A DNA stretch of 62,283 nt, filler included, from Nemertoderma westbladi (GCA_032718475.1; 4 parts of 4 records of this genome joined end to end with filler, not necessarily neighbours in it), one strand, 5' to 3'. Positions 1 through 12,941 are shown, counted from the first letter of the whole stretch. The notes: generated by a model not told the origin, from the sequence alone. Numbers and translations: made by a program.

Positions 1-124
1 TGGCTGTAATGTACTGCTACTGCTGACTGCCTACCTAAGTCTGGCTCAGACCAATACTTGCAAATACATACTGAACTTAAATACTCAATCCTGCAATCAA
101 TACCCTCTATCTGCCTGTTCCGCA

Positions 125-997
125 ATGGCACGCAAGGCTGACAAAGAGAACTGGGCTGCCGCTATACAAAAGCTTAATGACCTTATTGAAGTTAAGTTCG
201 AATATTTGGATGGAGACATTAAGCTCATAAAGACCCAACTAGAACTCATCCCAGTTATCCTCAAGGAAAACGAAACATTAAAAAGAGAGAACCTAGCTCT
301 AAAAGACAAGATTGCAACACAAGAGCTACATATCGATGAACTCGACCAATACGAGCGGCGGCACTCGGTTCTGCTTCATGGAATTGCCGAAGGTAGCAAA
401 GATGACGATCGGAAATCTCTCCAAGATGTTCTCTCCACCCTAGGTATTAACTTTAACTCCGTTGACATTTTTCACCGTCTTGGAAAGTCACCTACCGGTA
501 TCAACTCAATAGCTAAAGAAGGTAAGACAAAGTCCCGTCCTATTATCGTCCGATTTTATGGCCATTCATCACGCTGGGTCGTTTTCGGAAACCGTAAATT
601 ACTGGAAGGTACTGGCATCTACGCAACAGATCACCTAACACCTCGCCGAATGGCTATTCTACATCACGCGTTGAAACTAAAGCGGTCGAGGCGCCTACAC
701 GCTGCCTATTCATATTCCGGTGTCGTTACCATTCGCGTTTCTCAAAACGATAAACCGATCCGAGTAACAACAATCCAAGATATCGACGCGGTTCTCTGCC
801 CAACAGTCTCTTCCCCACCCATACAAACCGACGACCAATATTCCCGTCCGGTCACCGATTCTGATCTAACGGCTGTCGCGAAGGCATCCGTTGATCGATC
901 TCTCCGTCCACGCGATGCATCGAGCAGTCGCGTCTCCGGTAAACCTATTCAAATCAGTAACTCCTTCGAGTCGCTCGAGTCCGACAAACTTCCATGA
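125..997 (+). CDS. LINE ORF1 protein (coiled coil + L1-type RRM/CTD)
   Basis: Heptad-rich N-terminus, then 'DELDQYERRHSVLLHGI', 'HRLG', 'RPIIVRF', 'IYATDHLT' motifs typical of CR1/L2-group ORF1p. Confidence 0.85.
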   Translation: MARKADKENWAAAIQKLNDLIEVKFEYLDGDIKLIKTQLELIPVILKENETLKRENLALKDKIATQELHIDELDQYERRHSVLLHGIAEGSKDDDRKSLQDVLSTLGINFNSVDIFHRLGKSPTGINSIAKEGKTKSRPIIVRFYGHSSRWVVFGNRKLLEGTGIYATDHLTPRRMAILHHALKLKRSRRLHAAYSYSGVVTIRVSQNDKPIRVTTIQDIDAVLCPTVSSPPIQTDDQYSRPVTDSDLTAVAKASVDRSLRPRDASSSRVSGKPIQISNSFESLESDKLP

Positions 998-1265
998 AGG
1001 AAGCAAGCTGTTAACGGACGCACGGTATTTTTATATTAACGAATTAATTAATTAAATAATTTAATTAAGAAAGAAGATCTGAGTAAGGAATTTTAATAAT
1101 AATGAACCAAGTGAGGGATATTACTAAGGAAATCACATTTAGAACAACTGTAAAATGTCTGCCATTCTAAGAAATCTTATTTTTAATTGAGTATTGAAGT
1201 ACAGATATATTATCTATATATATGTAATGTATGGTCCGTTCCAGTACGAGATAAATTAAACTGTC

Positions 1266-4200
1266 ATGTCTATCCCAATTACAAGAATCCTGTCCCAAAC
1301 CCCTCCCCCTTCCCCCTGTTCCTCATGCACATTTTGCTACTCACAGTTTGTCCCTTCTGATATTCCCTTTCACTGTATTTTATGTAGAAATTGGTTCCAC
1401 CTACCATGCGGTTCTCACCTGACTATTGCTGAACTCAATGAATTATATGGATCCAAATCTTTTTCTGGTCATTATTGTATGCATTGTTATTATGATATTT
1501 TCCCTTTTACAACTATTTCTTCAGACGACGACGATATATTTGAATCCTCGACAATTATTTCCGATTTTAACAGCGACATTACCAATCCAAAATTTAGTTC
1601 AATAGACCCTGATATACATATCTTAAACACCGCCAGGTATAGCGAATACTATACTGACGACGGGTTCAATGATGAAATTCAGTTGATAAATTCTAAACCT
1701 AACTTTTCTATTTTCCACCTCAACTGTAGGAGTTTAAACCGAAATCTATCACCAACTACCGATATTTTAAGTACATTAGAACATGATTTCGATATGCTAA
1801 CTTTTTCAGAAACTCTCGTAGGCGAGAATGAAGACTTAAGTAAACTACAAATAGAAGGATATGCCGGTCCCTTCCTTTCAGCCCGGCCGAGCGGAAGAAA
1901 AACTGGTACTGGGTGGGGCGTAGGCTACTACATCAAAGACAACATAAATTTTCTGGAAAAACCTGAATTAAAAGTCGACGGAATTGAAAACAAGTGGATT
2001 CAAATTAAAACAAATAGCAATAAAAATCTCTTAGTAGGTATAATCTACAGACCACCATCTGTTAATTTTAATACATTCCATGAAATTTTCGATAAACTTT
2101 TGTTATCCATCTCTAATCTAAATGTAGATATTGTACTTGCTGGCGATTTTAACGTAAACCTTAACAAAATAACCAAGGAAAGTTCCCAATATCTTAAGAC
2201 AATATCCTCTTACGGATTTACTCAGCTTATAAAACAACCTACACGTATAGTCTTTGGAGCAAACTCTACCCTGGATCATATAATTACAAATATTTCGACA
2301 TGCATAAACAGCTCTGGAGTCTTTTTATCTGAGTATGGCACAACGGACCATTTAGCAACTTTTGCAATTTTTCAGGAGTTCTCAGCATTTTTTGAACAAC
2401 CCAAAAAAATAACAACCTATGACTACTCAAAATTTAAGGCCACAGACTTTTTATTTGACTTCCAATCGGTTCCAATGAGCTCATACAGATCGCAAGATAT
2501 TCCAAATGAATCAAAATTCGAACACTTTTACCAATATTTTGAAAAAATATGTAATAAACACCTACCAAAAAAATTTATACCGAAAAGGAAGATTACACAC
2601 AAACCATGGATAACTCAAGCCTTATTAAAATGTATTAAAAAAAAGAACAGACTTTTCTCCAAATTTTTAAAAATTCCAATAGCATATAACGAATCAAATT
2701 ACAAAAAATATAAAAACGGTCTTAATACAATATTAAAAGCTGCAGAAAAATCGTACTATGAGTCACAATTTAATAAAAACAGAGGCAACATGCGCAAAAC
2801 CTGGGCTGTTATTAATTCTGTTCTACATAGATCCAAAAAATCGGCAATGCCAACTAAGATGAATTTTATTACGAGCGACGGCATCAAAACAACAAATGAC
2901 CCTATTAAAATTGCCTCCACATTAAATGAGCATTTCAGTTCTATAGGCTCAAAATTAGAACGTTCTATGCCCCGCCCAGTACGATCACCTACCCGACACA
3001 TCCGTAGCTATAATTCTAAATCATTCTCTCTAGTACCCACTACTGTCCCGGAAATCCACTACTTGATACTACAATTAAATACAAACTCCGCTACTAATGA
3101 TAACTTTCCTACTAAACTTCTAAGAACCATTGCTGAACCACTTGCTCACCACCTTACTTACCTAATTAACCTATCTATTACTATTGGAAACTTTCCTGAT
3201 TGCCTAAAATATGCTAAAATAATACCAAACTATAAGGGGGGTGATCCACTCGATCCAAATAACTATCGCCCAATTTCTCTCTTACCGGTATTTAGCAAAA
3301 TTTATGAACAAATTATATATTCCCAACTTCAAAACTACCTCGAACGCTTTTCAATTTTAACATCACGACAGTTCGGCTTCAGGAAAAAAATATCAACATC
3401 ATATGCCATATTAACGGTTACTGAAAAAATTCGATCTATACTGGACTCTAAAAACTCAGCCTGTGCTATCTATATCGACTTGAAAAAAGCATTCGATACA
3501 TTAGATCACAACATTTTATTAAAAAAATTAGATACATATGGAATCCGCGGAACACCAAAAAATTTATTTCAAAGCTTTTTATCAAACCGGTCACAATCTG
3601 TTTCTCTAAATAACTGTCTTTCACCGCCTTTGCATCTGAGTTGTGGCACTCCCCAAGGTTCGGTATTATCACCACTACTCTTCTTACTATATATTAATGA
3701 TCTACCTAACGCTTCTAACCTTCTGAATTACGCTGATGACACAACCCTTCTTCATAGCCACAAAGATCTTGAACTACTAATTACTACTGCTAACTACGAG
3801 CTAGACAAGATCTCTGATTGGCTAGTCGACAACCGCTTATCACTAAACCTAACTAAAACAGAATATTTCATATCCAGTAATCAACGGCACGACTGCTTAC
3901 CGAAAATAAAAATAAAAAACAATAATATTAAACAGGTGGAGTGTGCGAAATTTCTAGGTGTATTGATGGACCGAAAACTAAATTGGAAATCACATATTAA
4001 TTATATCCTCGCTAAAATTTGCAAAACATCAGGCATTTTTTATAAATTAAGGCACATATTTCCCCTTGAAATTCTTCGCACACTCTACTTCTGTCTCGTA
4101 CATCCGTATATTACATACTCTATATTAGCATGGGGTTCCACACATACAACGACAATACGCCCGCTTAGAATAAAAATTAATAAAATAATTCGCTGCATAA

Positions 4201-4556
4201 CTTTTAGCCACTACCAAGCTTCCTCTATCCCTATTTACAGATCATTAAATATTCTCCCCCTTGAATCTCTATTTAAATTTCACTTAGGCCAACTACTTTT
4301 TGATGCTTTATCAAATACAAATCACCCTTTATCGACTCTATTTTCTAAATCATCTGAATTTCATCATTACAACACCCGATCGTCCGCCTCAGGTAAACTA
4401 GTAATTCCTCTAACTCATCTACATGTCGCTCACCAATCTATCTCCGTGTTAGGACCTTTATTTTGGAACAGTCTACCAAACAATATTATAAATATAAAAT
4501 CCGCAACAATATTTAAACAAACATTAAAAAAACACCTGAAAGACAATATGACTTAA
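1266..4556 (+). CDS. LINE ORF2: PHD finger + APE endonuclease + reverse transcriptase
   Basis: CxxC..CxxC..HxxC..CxxC N-terminus; APE motifs 'HLNCRSL', 'SET', 'YRPP', 'GDFN', 'TDH'; RT motifs 'YRPISLL', 'QFGFR', 'DLKKAFD', 'PQGSVLSP', 'YADD'; uninterrupted 1096 aa. Confidence 0.95.
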   Translation: MSIPITRILSQTPPPSPCSSCTFCYSQFVPSDIPFHCILCRNWFHLPCGSHLTIAELNELYGSKSFSGHYCMHCYYDIFPFTTISSDDDDIFESSTIISDFNSDITNPKFSSIDPDIHILNTARYSEYYTDDGFNDEIQLINSKPNFSIFHLNCRSLNRNLSPTTDILSTLEHDFDMLTFSETLVGENEDLSKLQIEGYAGPFLSARPSGRKTGTGWGVGYYIKDNINFLEKPELKVDGIENKWIQIKTNSNKNLLVGIIYRPPSVNFNTFHEIFDKLLLSISNLNVDIVLAGDFNVNLNKITKESSQYLKTISSYGFTQLIKQPTRIVFGANSTLDHIITNISTCINSSGVFLSEYGTTDHLATFAIFQEFSAFFEQPKKITTYDYSKFKATDFLFDFQSVPMSSYRSQDIPNESKFEHFYQYFEKICNKHLPKKFIPKRKITHKPWITQALLKCIKKKNRLFSKFLKIPIAYNESNYKKYKNGLNTILKAAEKSYYESQFNKNRGNMRKTWAVINSVLHRSKKSAMPTKMNFITSDGIKTTNDPIKIASTLNEHFSSIGSKLERSMPRPVRSPTRHIRSYNSKSFSLVPTTVPEIHYLILQLNTNSATNDNFPTKLLRTIAEPLAHHLTYLINLSITIGNFPDCLKYAKIIPNYKGGDPLDPNNYRPISLLPVFSKIYEQIIYSQLQNYLERFSILTSRQFGFRKKISTSYAILTVTEKIRSILDSKNSACAIYIDLKKAFDTLDHNILLKKLDTYGIRGTPKNLFQSFLSNRSQSVSLNNCLSPPLHLSCGTPQGSVLSPLLFLLYINDLPNASNLLNYADDTTLLHSHKDLELLITTANYELDKISDWLVDNRLSLNLTKTEYFISSNQRHDCLPKIKIKNNNIKQVECAKFLGVLMDRKLNWKSHINYILAKICKTSGIFYKLRHIFPLEILRTLYFCLVHPYITYSILAWGSTHTTTIRPLRIKINKIIRCITFSHYQASSIPIYRSLNILPLESLFKFHLGQLLFDALSNTNHPLSTLFSKSSEFHHYNTRSSASGKLVIPLTHLHVAHQSISVLGPLFWNSLPNNIINIKSATIFKQTLKKHLKDNMT

Positions 4557-4987
4557 ATAATATTAATATATAAATAAATAATTATAGTAATAATATAATA
4601 AAATATTACAATCATATTTAAAAAATAAAAATTAATCTATTAAGGGGCCGCATGGTAGGATACTACACTTTTGGATTTATTATTTTAAATATTTAAAATT
4701 GACGAAATTAATTAAATACAATACAAATAATACTATAAATTCTGACAACCCGTGAGTACATATATTTTTACTACCCCCCCCCCCCCCCCCCAATTGGTTT
4801 AGCTGGAGGCCTTGACTAGCTCGGCTATTGCCACCAGCCATATAACCAGCCTGCACTTTTTTTTTTTAATATACATCTATACATATATATATCAATATTT
4901 CTATATTATAAGTGCGGTAAATAAATTTATATATATCTATCATGAAATAATATAATAATTGAATTGAATTGAATTGAATTGAATTGA

Positions 4988-5890
4988 TTACCCTCATCAA
5001 ATTTTGCATGATCATAGTACAAATGTTGTTTATATTCACACCAAAAATCAAGATCAGCAACACTGCCATATCAAGACCAGCCATATCACCAAATGATGTT
5101 TTGAATTTTTTTCGAATTTTTTTTTTGAAGTTTTGAATCAAACTATCAATGAAAGCAAATTTTTACAATTTTTCTCCCATAGAGTACTTGGACTTCGTTT
5201 TAAGTTGCCTTTGGCACTATTTTCGAACTCTGCACCATCGAATTACCAGAGAAACATCTAATCTAAACAAAACTAAATCTAAACATCTAAAAATTGTGAA
5301 AAATATCATATTTGCAAAATATCATTTTTGTGTTCATATTAAATAACGACAATTGCGAAAAATGCAATAATTCTTGCAATTACCCTCCTCAAATTTTGCA
5401 TCATTATACTAACACATGTTGTATATATTCACACCAAAAATCAAGATCGGCAACACTTGGCCACATCATCAAATGATCATTTGAATTTTGTCAGTTATCA
5501 AACTATCACAAAACTCAAATTTTTACATTTTTTCACCCATAGAGTACTTGGACTTCGTTTGAGTTGTTATTAATGCCATTTTCGACCTCAGTACCATCAA
5601 ATTACCGCAGAAATATCTAATTGGTTTTGTAAATCACATCTGTAAATCAAATCATATTTTCTAAATGTTCATATTTGTGGATTTAAAACACATCGTGATA
5701 CGCGCAACGATCACAAGTGCTGACCGCAGACTCGCCATTTTTAGAGGGATGCAACTTTTGAACAGTAAAACATTTTGAGCTAATTTTTTTGCATTTTGCT
5801 AGGTATATGTTCGCTAATATTTGGTGCAAGTTTCAAAAAATTCAGTGACCTATGGTGTCAGGCCCTGGATGACTTAACATGGAATGACCC
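4988..5890. repeat. ~390-bp diverged direct repeat (two units), probably part of a non-autonomous DNA transposon ending in CATGGAATGACCC
   Basis: TTACCCTC(A/C)TCAAATTTTGCAT...CCCATAGAGTACTTGGACTTCGTTT occurs at ~4988-5200 and again at ~5380-5560. Confidence 0.55.
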
Positions 5891-6199
5891 CAAAGTAAAA
5901 GTATAGGTACCTAATAATATAAAAAAGTAACCCATACCCAATATTGCCACGTCTTGTAAGTATTAATGGTTAATTATAGTAAATAAATATCATATTATTC
6001 AGAAGTTTTTTTGATTAGACGCCATTTAAAAAGTATAAATATCAGTACAAACATAATAAATTACAAAATATAGTTTACTAGGGTGTATTTCAACTAATAA
6101 GATACAAAGATTGTATGACTACCCATAATAAGCATTGAATTGCTTCTATATCCTATTATAAAAGTTTCAGCCTACACTAATTTTGGCTAAATCTCGGCT

Positions 6200-6800
6200 G
6201 CATGCATGGCCTGTATTAAAGGATGCCTTGGGTTGTTGCATTCAGTCTTATGCACAGTAATATTATTGGACTCATATGGAATGGCCTGCCTCTGTGATGG
6301 ATTTCATCAAGCTACTATAGTCTCCATCAGATACTATTGATGAATATATCAAGTTATTGTGCGAAATATAACGCTTAAACATCTTCACTGCTAAATGTGG
6401 TTTCCATTGCACCACTGTGGAACCAGTAAAGTATATCCCACACTCATGACCATCCTCTTCTTCCTCACAATTGTTGCGGTGCTAGTGCTAACATTATCCT
6501 CAATATCGGGGCCATTATCAATATCATCATCACTCACCACATCATTGTTGTCAATATCAGCACCACCAAGCTGACTAGAGGGGATGTGGCAGTACTCTGA
6601 GCAAACATCATAGTCCAATATGAGACCAGTAAGTTTGGAGATTACGCTTGCAACTCCATAAAAGGATGTATGACCTCGCTTCATCCATGATCCATCAAAT
6701 GATATTGCGATATTCTTGTCCGTTTCCATGAGCCAAATATTTGAATTTGATTGGGAAATAGCTGAGTTATGGGCATTATAATGTACAGTAGTGTCATCAT
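6200..6800 (-). pseudogene. Kolobok (Mutator-like) DDE transposase fragment, N-terminal catalytic part
   Basis: 'IAISFDGSWMKRGHTSFYGVASVISKLTGLILDYDVCSEYC', then after a frameshift 'SIVSDGDYSS' and 'KTECNN'. Confidence 0.8.
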
Positions 6801-8633
6801 GAGATTCCCCTCCCTTTATCACAGCCCACAGGTTAACTGTGTCACTTACCCAATAGTTTAAATTATAAAAGTCACTATTACAATAGGTCACTTGTCCAAT
6901 ATGCTACTTAACATTTAAATGCATTTAGTAATTATCTTGCTTTTAAACTGCATATGTTATAAATGTGTAGTATAAATGAATATCCTACCTCTGGATGCGA
7001 GTAAATTATCCAATTGATTCGGTTGTAATCGTAGATAAACAGATGAACAGAATAACCAAACGACAAAATGTTTCATCTTCCGATCTTGAGGCAAAACATG
7101 TGCGGTTGATTAAATATAAAACAAAAGATGAAATTAGTATCAAATCAACTGGGGCCATCAAACTCCAACGTCCTATTAATACAAATCAGCAATGAAAACA
7201 AACAGGCACGAAACGTTTCTTCTTTATGTCATCAAATGCAATAAAATCGAAACCAACATTTGTCAGAATCCAATCTGGTTCTAGAATCCAACCCAGTTCC
7301 AGAATCCAATCAGGTTCCAGAATACAATCCGTGTTGGACAAACTTTCCTACCAGGCTGACCGTTTCCAAATACCCACCACTGATTTACCTAATAAACAGC
7401 GAAAGAAGCAAGGCGCGATTCGATTCGAGATGAAGCATAAATAAATTAATCAACTTTACTAACATATTAAACTTATTTATTTATAACCCTACCATACCTG
7501 TTTTCACATATTTGTATGCATGCATATTTTATATTACCAATTGTTTTTTTTGTGAAAGTTATCTGTTCTTAAGGCTGGCCTTTACATATAGGACAGCTTC
7601 AATTTGTCCAGCCTTACTAATTTATTGTAGCCTTTTATACGCCAAATACACAATGCCAAGGTGTCTTAGTAACCAATATCATTTGAAATTATTTGAAAAT
7701 TAAATTTCCCGCCAATTTTAGTGGCAAATTTGTTAAATTGACTCAAAATGCTAAGGATCGTGACCAAGTACTTGAAATGTTACGAGATTCGGTAGGGGGC
7801 ATCTAATGGGGGTGATATGCAAAAGTTATAGAGAGGATTTTGTTGTATTTTGTTTTATATCCAAAAAATTCAAAAATCCAAAAAAAATTTGACATTCTTC
7901 GGTTTTTGGCACAAAAATGTCACTTCTATATAACTTTTCAAAATTTTGTCTATAACTTTTGATCAGTCATGTCTCTTGAACATTGTGTTAAAATTTCAAC
8001 ACAAACAATAAAAAAATGACTGACTAGTAGCATTTTGATTTCAGCAAAAATGGAGAATTTACATTTCGATTAAATCGCATCTAAAGTTTGAACCTTCCCA
8101 TGCAAATTGGTTAGTCTCTGTGACTGCTGATATGAATTAATTAAAATAGTTATTTATGAATGATTTTCTGGAAGCTGACAGCTGAAGTTTTCCCTATGGG
8201 GGTTTTCGTAGTCACTGATTTAAATTCTGATATCAGTTTTCAAATTAAGACAAATCAACACTGTCTGTCTGGCTGTCTGTAGGAATGTCTGTCTGTCTGT
8301 TGGTTTGTAGGTCAAAATATAATAAAACACACGAAATATCTACAAGTTTCGCTTTGGGGGTTTTCCATGTCGCTGATTTCATTTCCTATGTCAGTTTTGA
8401 TTTTGTATTGAATTTTGTCTGTCTATCTGTCAGTTTGGCTGTCTGTCAGTACGTTTTTTGTCTGTTCGAATGTCGGTCAACATACAAAAAAATACATTCT
8501 AGCTAACATTTTCATTATGGGAGTTTTCGGGGTCGCTGATTTCATTTCGGACGTCAGTTTTGATGTTCGGCAAAATCTAGTCTGTCTGTTTAAGTCGGGA
8601 AACACATTTTTTGTGGAAAATAATATTAATTAT

Positions 8634-10978
8634 TATACCCTAATGGGTAATTATTAATTATTAATTGTTAATTATTATAATTTATACCCTAATGGAACCA
8701 AAGCACAACTGGATTACATCCTTATAAACAAAAAGTGGAGAAATAGCATGATCAACTGCGAGGCATACAGCTCGTTCAACCTAATTGGTTCGGACCACAG
8801 AATTGTGACTGCAGAGATCAGACTCAGTTTGAGAGCCAGCAAACCCAGGACAAGCAAGCAAATCAACTATGACTGGGAGAAACTCAGAACTGACAATGCT
8901 GTAAAGGATGCTTATACAGTAGAAGTTCAAAACCGCTTTGAAGCACTTCAGTCAATGGATGAAGACCAATCCACCGATTCAATATACCAAAATATAATAA
9001 CAGCCCACAAGGAATTAGCTAAGAGGCATATCCCCCAGAAACCTAAACGAAAACAGTATGTGCCATGGCAAAACTCTGAGGTTACTTGTAAGAGAGAAGA
9101 TCTTAAGATAGCCTACAAAGTTAAAACCGAACAACCAACAACCGAAAACATTAACAAGGTTGAGAAAGCTAAGGACGATCTTAAATTGGCCTACAACATC
9201 AGCCAGGAAAAGTACATACAGGATAAAACTGAAGCAATTACAACTGCTCACATACAGCAACAATCAAGACTTACCTGGCAAACTGTAAATGAGGTATCTG
9301 GTCGGAAAAGTTGTGCAAAGGGGCGCCTCAAAGCCGATAGTCCTGAAGAACGTGTTGGGAAGTGGAAAAATCACTTCAGCAACTTGCTTGGGCAGCCACC
9401 AAACATCGATGTCAGTCCTACAAGGAAAATATATGACAAGACACTACCTATAGAAACAGGGGACTTCACACCTGCCGAACTCCAAAGAAGCATTAAAAGC
9501 ATGTCCAATAATAAAGCGAGTGGATTAGATGAAATCCCAGCGGAGGTATGTAAAACCGGAGTGCTAAATAGACCATTATTGAATGTTTGCAACCGGATGT
9601 TAAAAGGGGAAAAGCCACCACCAATTTGGACTAAAGGTCAACTAAAGCCTCTCCTCAAGAAAGGAGACCTCGGCATACCAACAAACTATCGTGGGATCTG
9701 TCTGCTTGTGGTAGCTGCCAAAATATACAATAAAATGATTCTATATAGGATTAGGCCTCACATAGAGAAACTACTGCGTAAGAGCCAAAACGGATTTCGA
9801 CCAAGTAGATCAACAATAGCTCAGATACTTGCACTACGGAGACTGATTGAAGGAATCAAGTCAAAGAATCTCCCCACAGTCATGACTTTTGTGGACTTCA
9901 AGAAGGCATTCGACTCCATCCATAGAGGTAAAATGCTTGAAATCCTAAGAGCTTATGGAATACCAGAAGTAATTGTTGCTGGCATTGGATTGCTATATTG
10001 TGACACAGAAGCGCAGGTACTCTCACCAGATGGTGAAACTGAGTTTTTCTCAATCCTGGCTGGCGTACTGCAAGGTGACACATTAGCACCATTACTATTT
10101 GTAATTGTGCTGGATTACGCAATGAGGACGGCCACAAAGGGTGAAGATCTGGGATTCACACTTCAAGAACACAGAAGTAGTAGATATCCGGCAACTACAG
10201 TCACAGACACCGACTTTGCGGATGACATCGCCCTGCTCTCTAATATGCTAGCAGATGCACAGCTTCTACTAAATAAAGTGGAGAGGGCTGCTAAGGAGGT
10301 TGGATTGCATATAAATGCTACCAAGACCGAATTCATGACCTTTAATGTTGATGGAAACTTGACAACCATTGATAATAATCAACTAAGGCAGGTCGATGAC
10401 TTCCAGTACCTTGGATCATGGATAGAGAGTAGCAAAAAGGACATAGAAGTTAGGAAAGCAAAGGCTTGGGTAGCTCTATCAAAAATGGATACCATCTGGA
10501 AATCAGATCTCTCCAGGCACCTGAAGACCAAGTTCTTTCGAGCCACAGTGGAAAGTGTATTTTTATACGGGGGTGAGACCTGGACAGGACACTGACTAAA
10601 TCACTTGAACAACGAATTGATGGTTGCTACACAAGACTACTAAGGGCAGCCCTAAACATCAGCTGGAGACAACACATGACAAACGCCGAGCTTTATGGTA
10701 CAATACCACCTGTATCAACCACCCTCCGTGAATGCAGATTAAGATTCAGTGGGCACTGCTGGCGAAGTAAAGACGAGGTCATACCAGATCTACTTCTCTG
10801 GCAACCAACTCATGGAAAGCGTAGTCGTGGACGACCTGCCATAACATATATAGATCAACTTGAAAGGTATACTGAACTTGGGAGAAACGAAATTGCGACA
10901 ACTATGGAGAATCGGGAAGCCTGGAAGGATCTCATTTCCACTGTCCGAGTTCGCTCGACCTAGTAGTAGTAGTAGTAG
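8634..10978 (+). mobile_element. 5'-truncated RTE-clade LINE (family A) with (TAG)n tail and 13-bp TSD
   Basis: TSD TAATATTAATTAT at 8621-8633 and 10979-10991; tail TAGTAGTAG... 10961-10980. Confidence 0.9.
8683..10963 (+). pseudogene. RTE APE C-terminus + RT, one frameshift near 10586
   Basis: 'QLDYIL', 'SDH', 'NYRGICLL', 'QNGFR', 'DFKKAFD', 'GVLQGDTLAP', 'FADD', 'YLGS'; the C-terminus continues in ORF 10676-10963 ('RLRFSGHCWR', 'RGRP'). Confidence 0.9.
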
Positions 10979-12941
10979 TAATATTAATTATATTTATATT
11001 CAAACATTCCATGAAAACACGAGTGTTTCTCGAATACTAAACAAGATAATTCAAAACGGATTTCAGATTCGGAATCTGCATAAAATTTTGCATTAGAATG
11101 TGTAAAAAATCAGATATCGTCAAATTTTTCGAAATGTATGTAAAGGCCAGCCTTAATCCATAACACAAGGTACTGCAAGTCGTCAACGTTCTTTTTATTA
11201 TTATAAAAATTATTATTATAAAAATCACTTCACTAAAATTTCACTTCACTTGATTATCACTTTTCTTCCCTCTCCCCATTATACTGGTAAATATTAATTT
11301 AATCATCCAGGGAATTCTGCTAGCTAGCCTTAGCCTACTGCCCAACTACAGTATACTTACAATATTATGAACTGGAACCTGTGTAGTCTGTTTCCCTAAA
11401 ATACAATGATATAAGTCTAAATGTGCTTCGTCACTTTAATGATTTAAATGTTTCTGCGCTATTTCCCTATACGACCTTCATAAATTATTATTTAGTTTAG
11501 TTAGAATAATGCCCAACTAGTTGTAATAGTGTAAACTTTCCCTTAATCAACCTATTCGTACCTTCGTCCCAATCAGAAGTTTTTCCTGGAACCCCATTCT
11601 ATAAGAAACAATAACACACTAGCACTTGCATTATGTCCTTAGGAATTAAAGCAAATCTGTTAGCGAAGAGTATGAACACCATTGATACAGAAGAGTTTGA
11701 AGGTGGAGCGCCACCTTAACCACAATAGGCAAAAGTAATCTCAAGCACATAGACGCATGTGAACATTTTTTTTATTGTTTTAGTTACAATACACAGACAC
11801 TTCAACCTGATCCTTTTCCTTAATGTTTTATATTAAATCAATTTTTAAACCCACAATACTAATATTTAATGATTGAGGTTATTTTACACCATTGACTTCT
11901 GACGAGATACAGTGCATGCAGTACAATCTTATGTAGCTAAATCGTATTATGACATACAGTATACATCCAATATATGTTTCTCTCTGGTAATTGCAAATAA
12001 AAGTAAAACAACAATTCTTTTGTGCAACTATTTGGCGACCAAAACAAAATAAATGTGATTGATATAGAATCTCTAATTTATTCATGTGGGTAATATCCAA
12101 TCAAATGCATACTATTTTCAAAACGGTGTGATCATACTGTATATTTGAACAATAATTGAGATGAATGAATTATATAAAAGGATACTAATGCAGAGTTCCC
12201 TTATCAGGACTACAGATTATTATACTTTTATCTTTACTAAGTGCCAGGGGGCACGTAGGCATAATGCCGGCGTAAGTGTTTTTAATGAAAATTAATGCCC
12301 CATTTATTTTAAAAGAACTGAATGGAAATGGTTAAAATTTATACCACATCTTCTTAACCATACACCCCTGGAACTAAAATCTTAGTGATATATATATATC
12401 TGTTGGCCCAATATAATAAAATCTATTTCAGCTAAAAAGTATAATATTTCAAATGTCTATAACTATTATTCTTATGCCTGAAATCCATTTTTTTAGTTCA
12501 GTCGTTGCAAAATACCTTATATACATATCCCTGAAGGTTTCACCATTATACCATTTCTGGTTCTCTCAAAAAAGGGTCATTTGTATAAGAAATAGCGTTA
12601 ATCGCGAAGTGGTAAAATAAGACGTTTAAAGTTTCCGAACACTAATAAAATACCACTTGGATAGTATATTATAGTTATCTGGTATCAGTTTAAGATCAAT
12701 AGATATATACAGACTTAGTATATACTTAATATAAACAAAAGTAAATCTTATTCTACTCTTTCCTAAATTAATTACACTTAATAATGATACAATATACCCT
12801 TCACTTCATAACTAAAGGATAATATCAATAATATATGGTTCGATAGTTTGGCAGTTTTAGTTCATGAAACAGCTGAAGATGGAATATACAATAAGTGAAT
12901 CATCTAAGTATAAATTGAATATACAAATCAAGTCAATCAAC

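Larger units (their letters stand above)
1..4987 (+). mobile_element. Apparently full-length, intact CR1/L2-group (Crack/Daphne-like) non-LTR retrotransposon
   Basis: Two open ORFs (ORF1 125-997, ORF2 1266-4556), AT-rich spacer, 3' UTR with poly-C and poly-T tracts, ends in (GAATT)n tail at 4957-4987. The 5' end/TSD may lie outside the window. Confidence 0.9.
7573..11152. mobile_element. Non-autonomous Kolobok-type element (TTAA TSD) with nested insertions
   Basis: Perfect 16-bp TIR GGCTGGCCTTTACATA (7573-7588) / TATGTAAAGGCCAGCC (11137-11152), TTAA on both flanks (7569-7572, 11153-11156). Confidence 0.8.
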
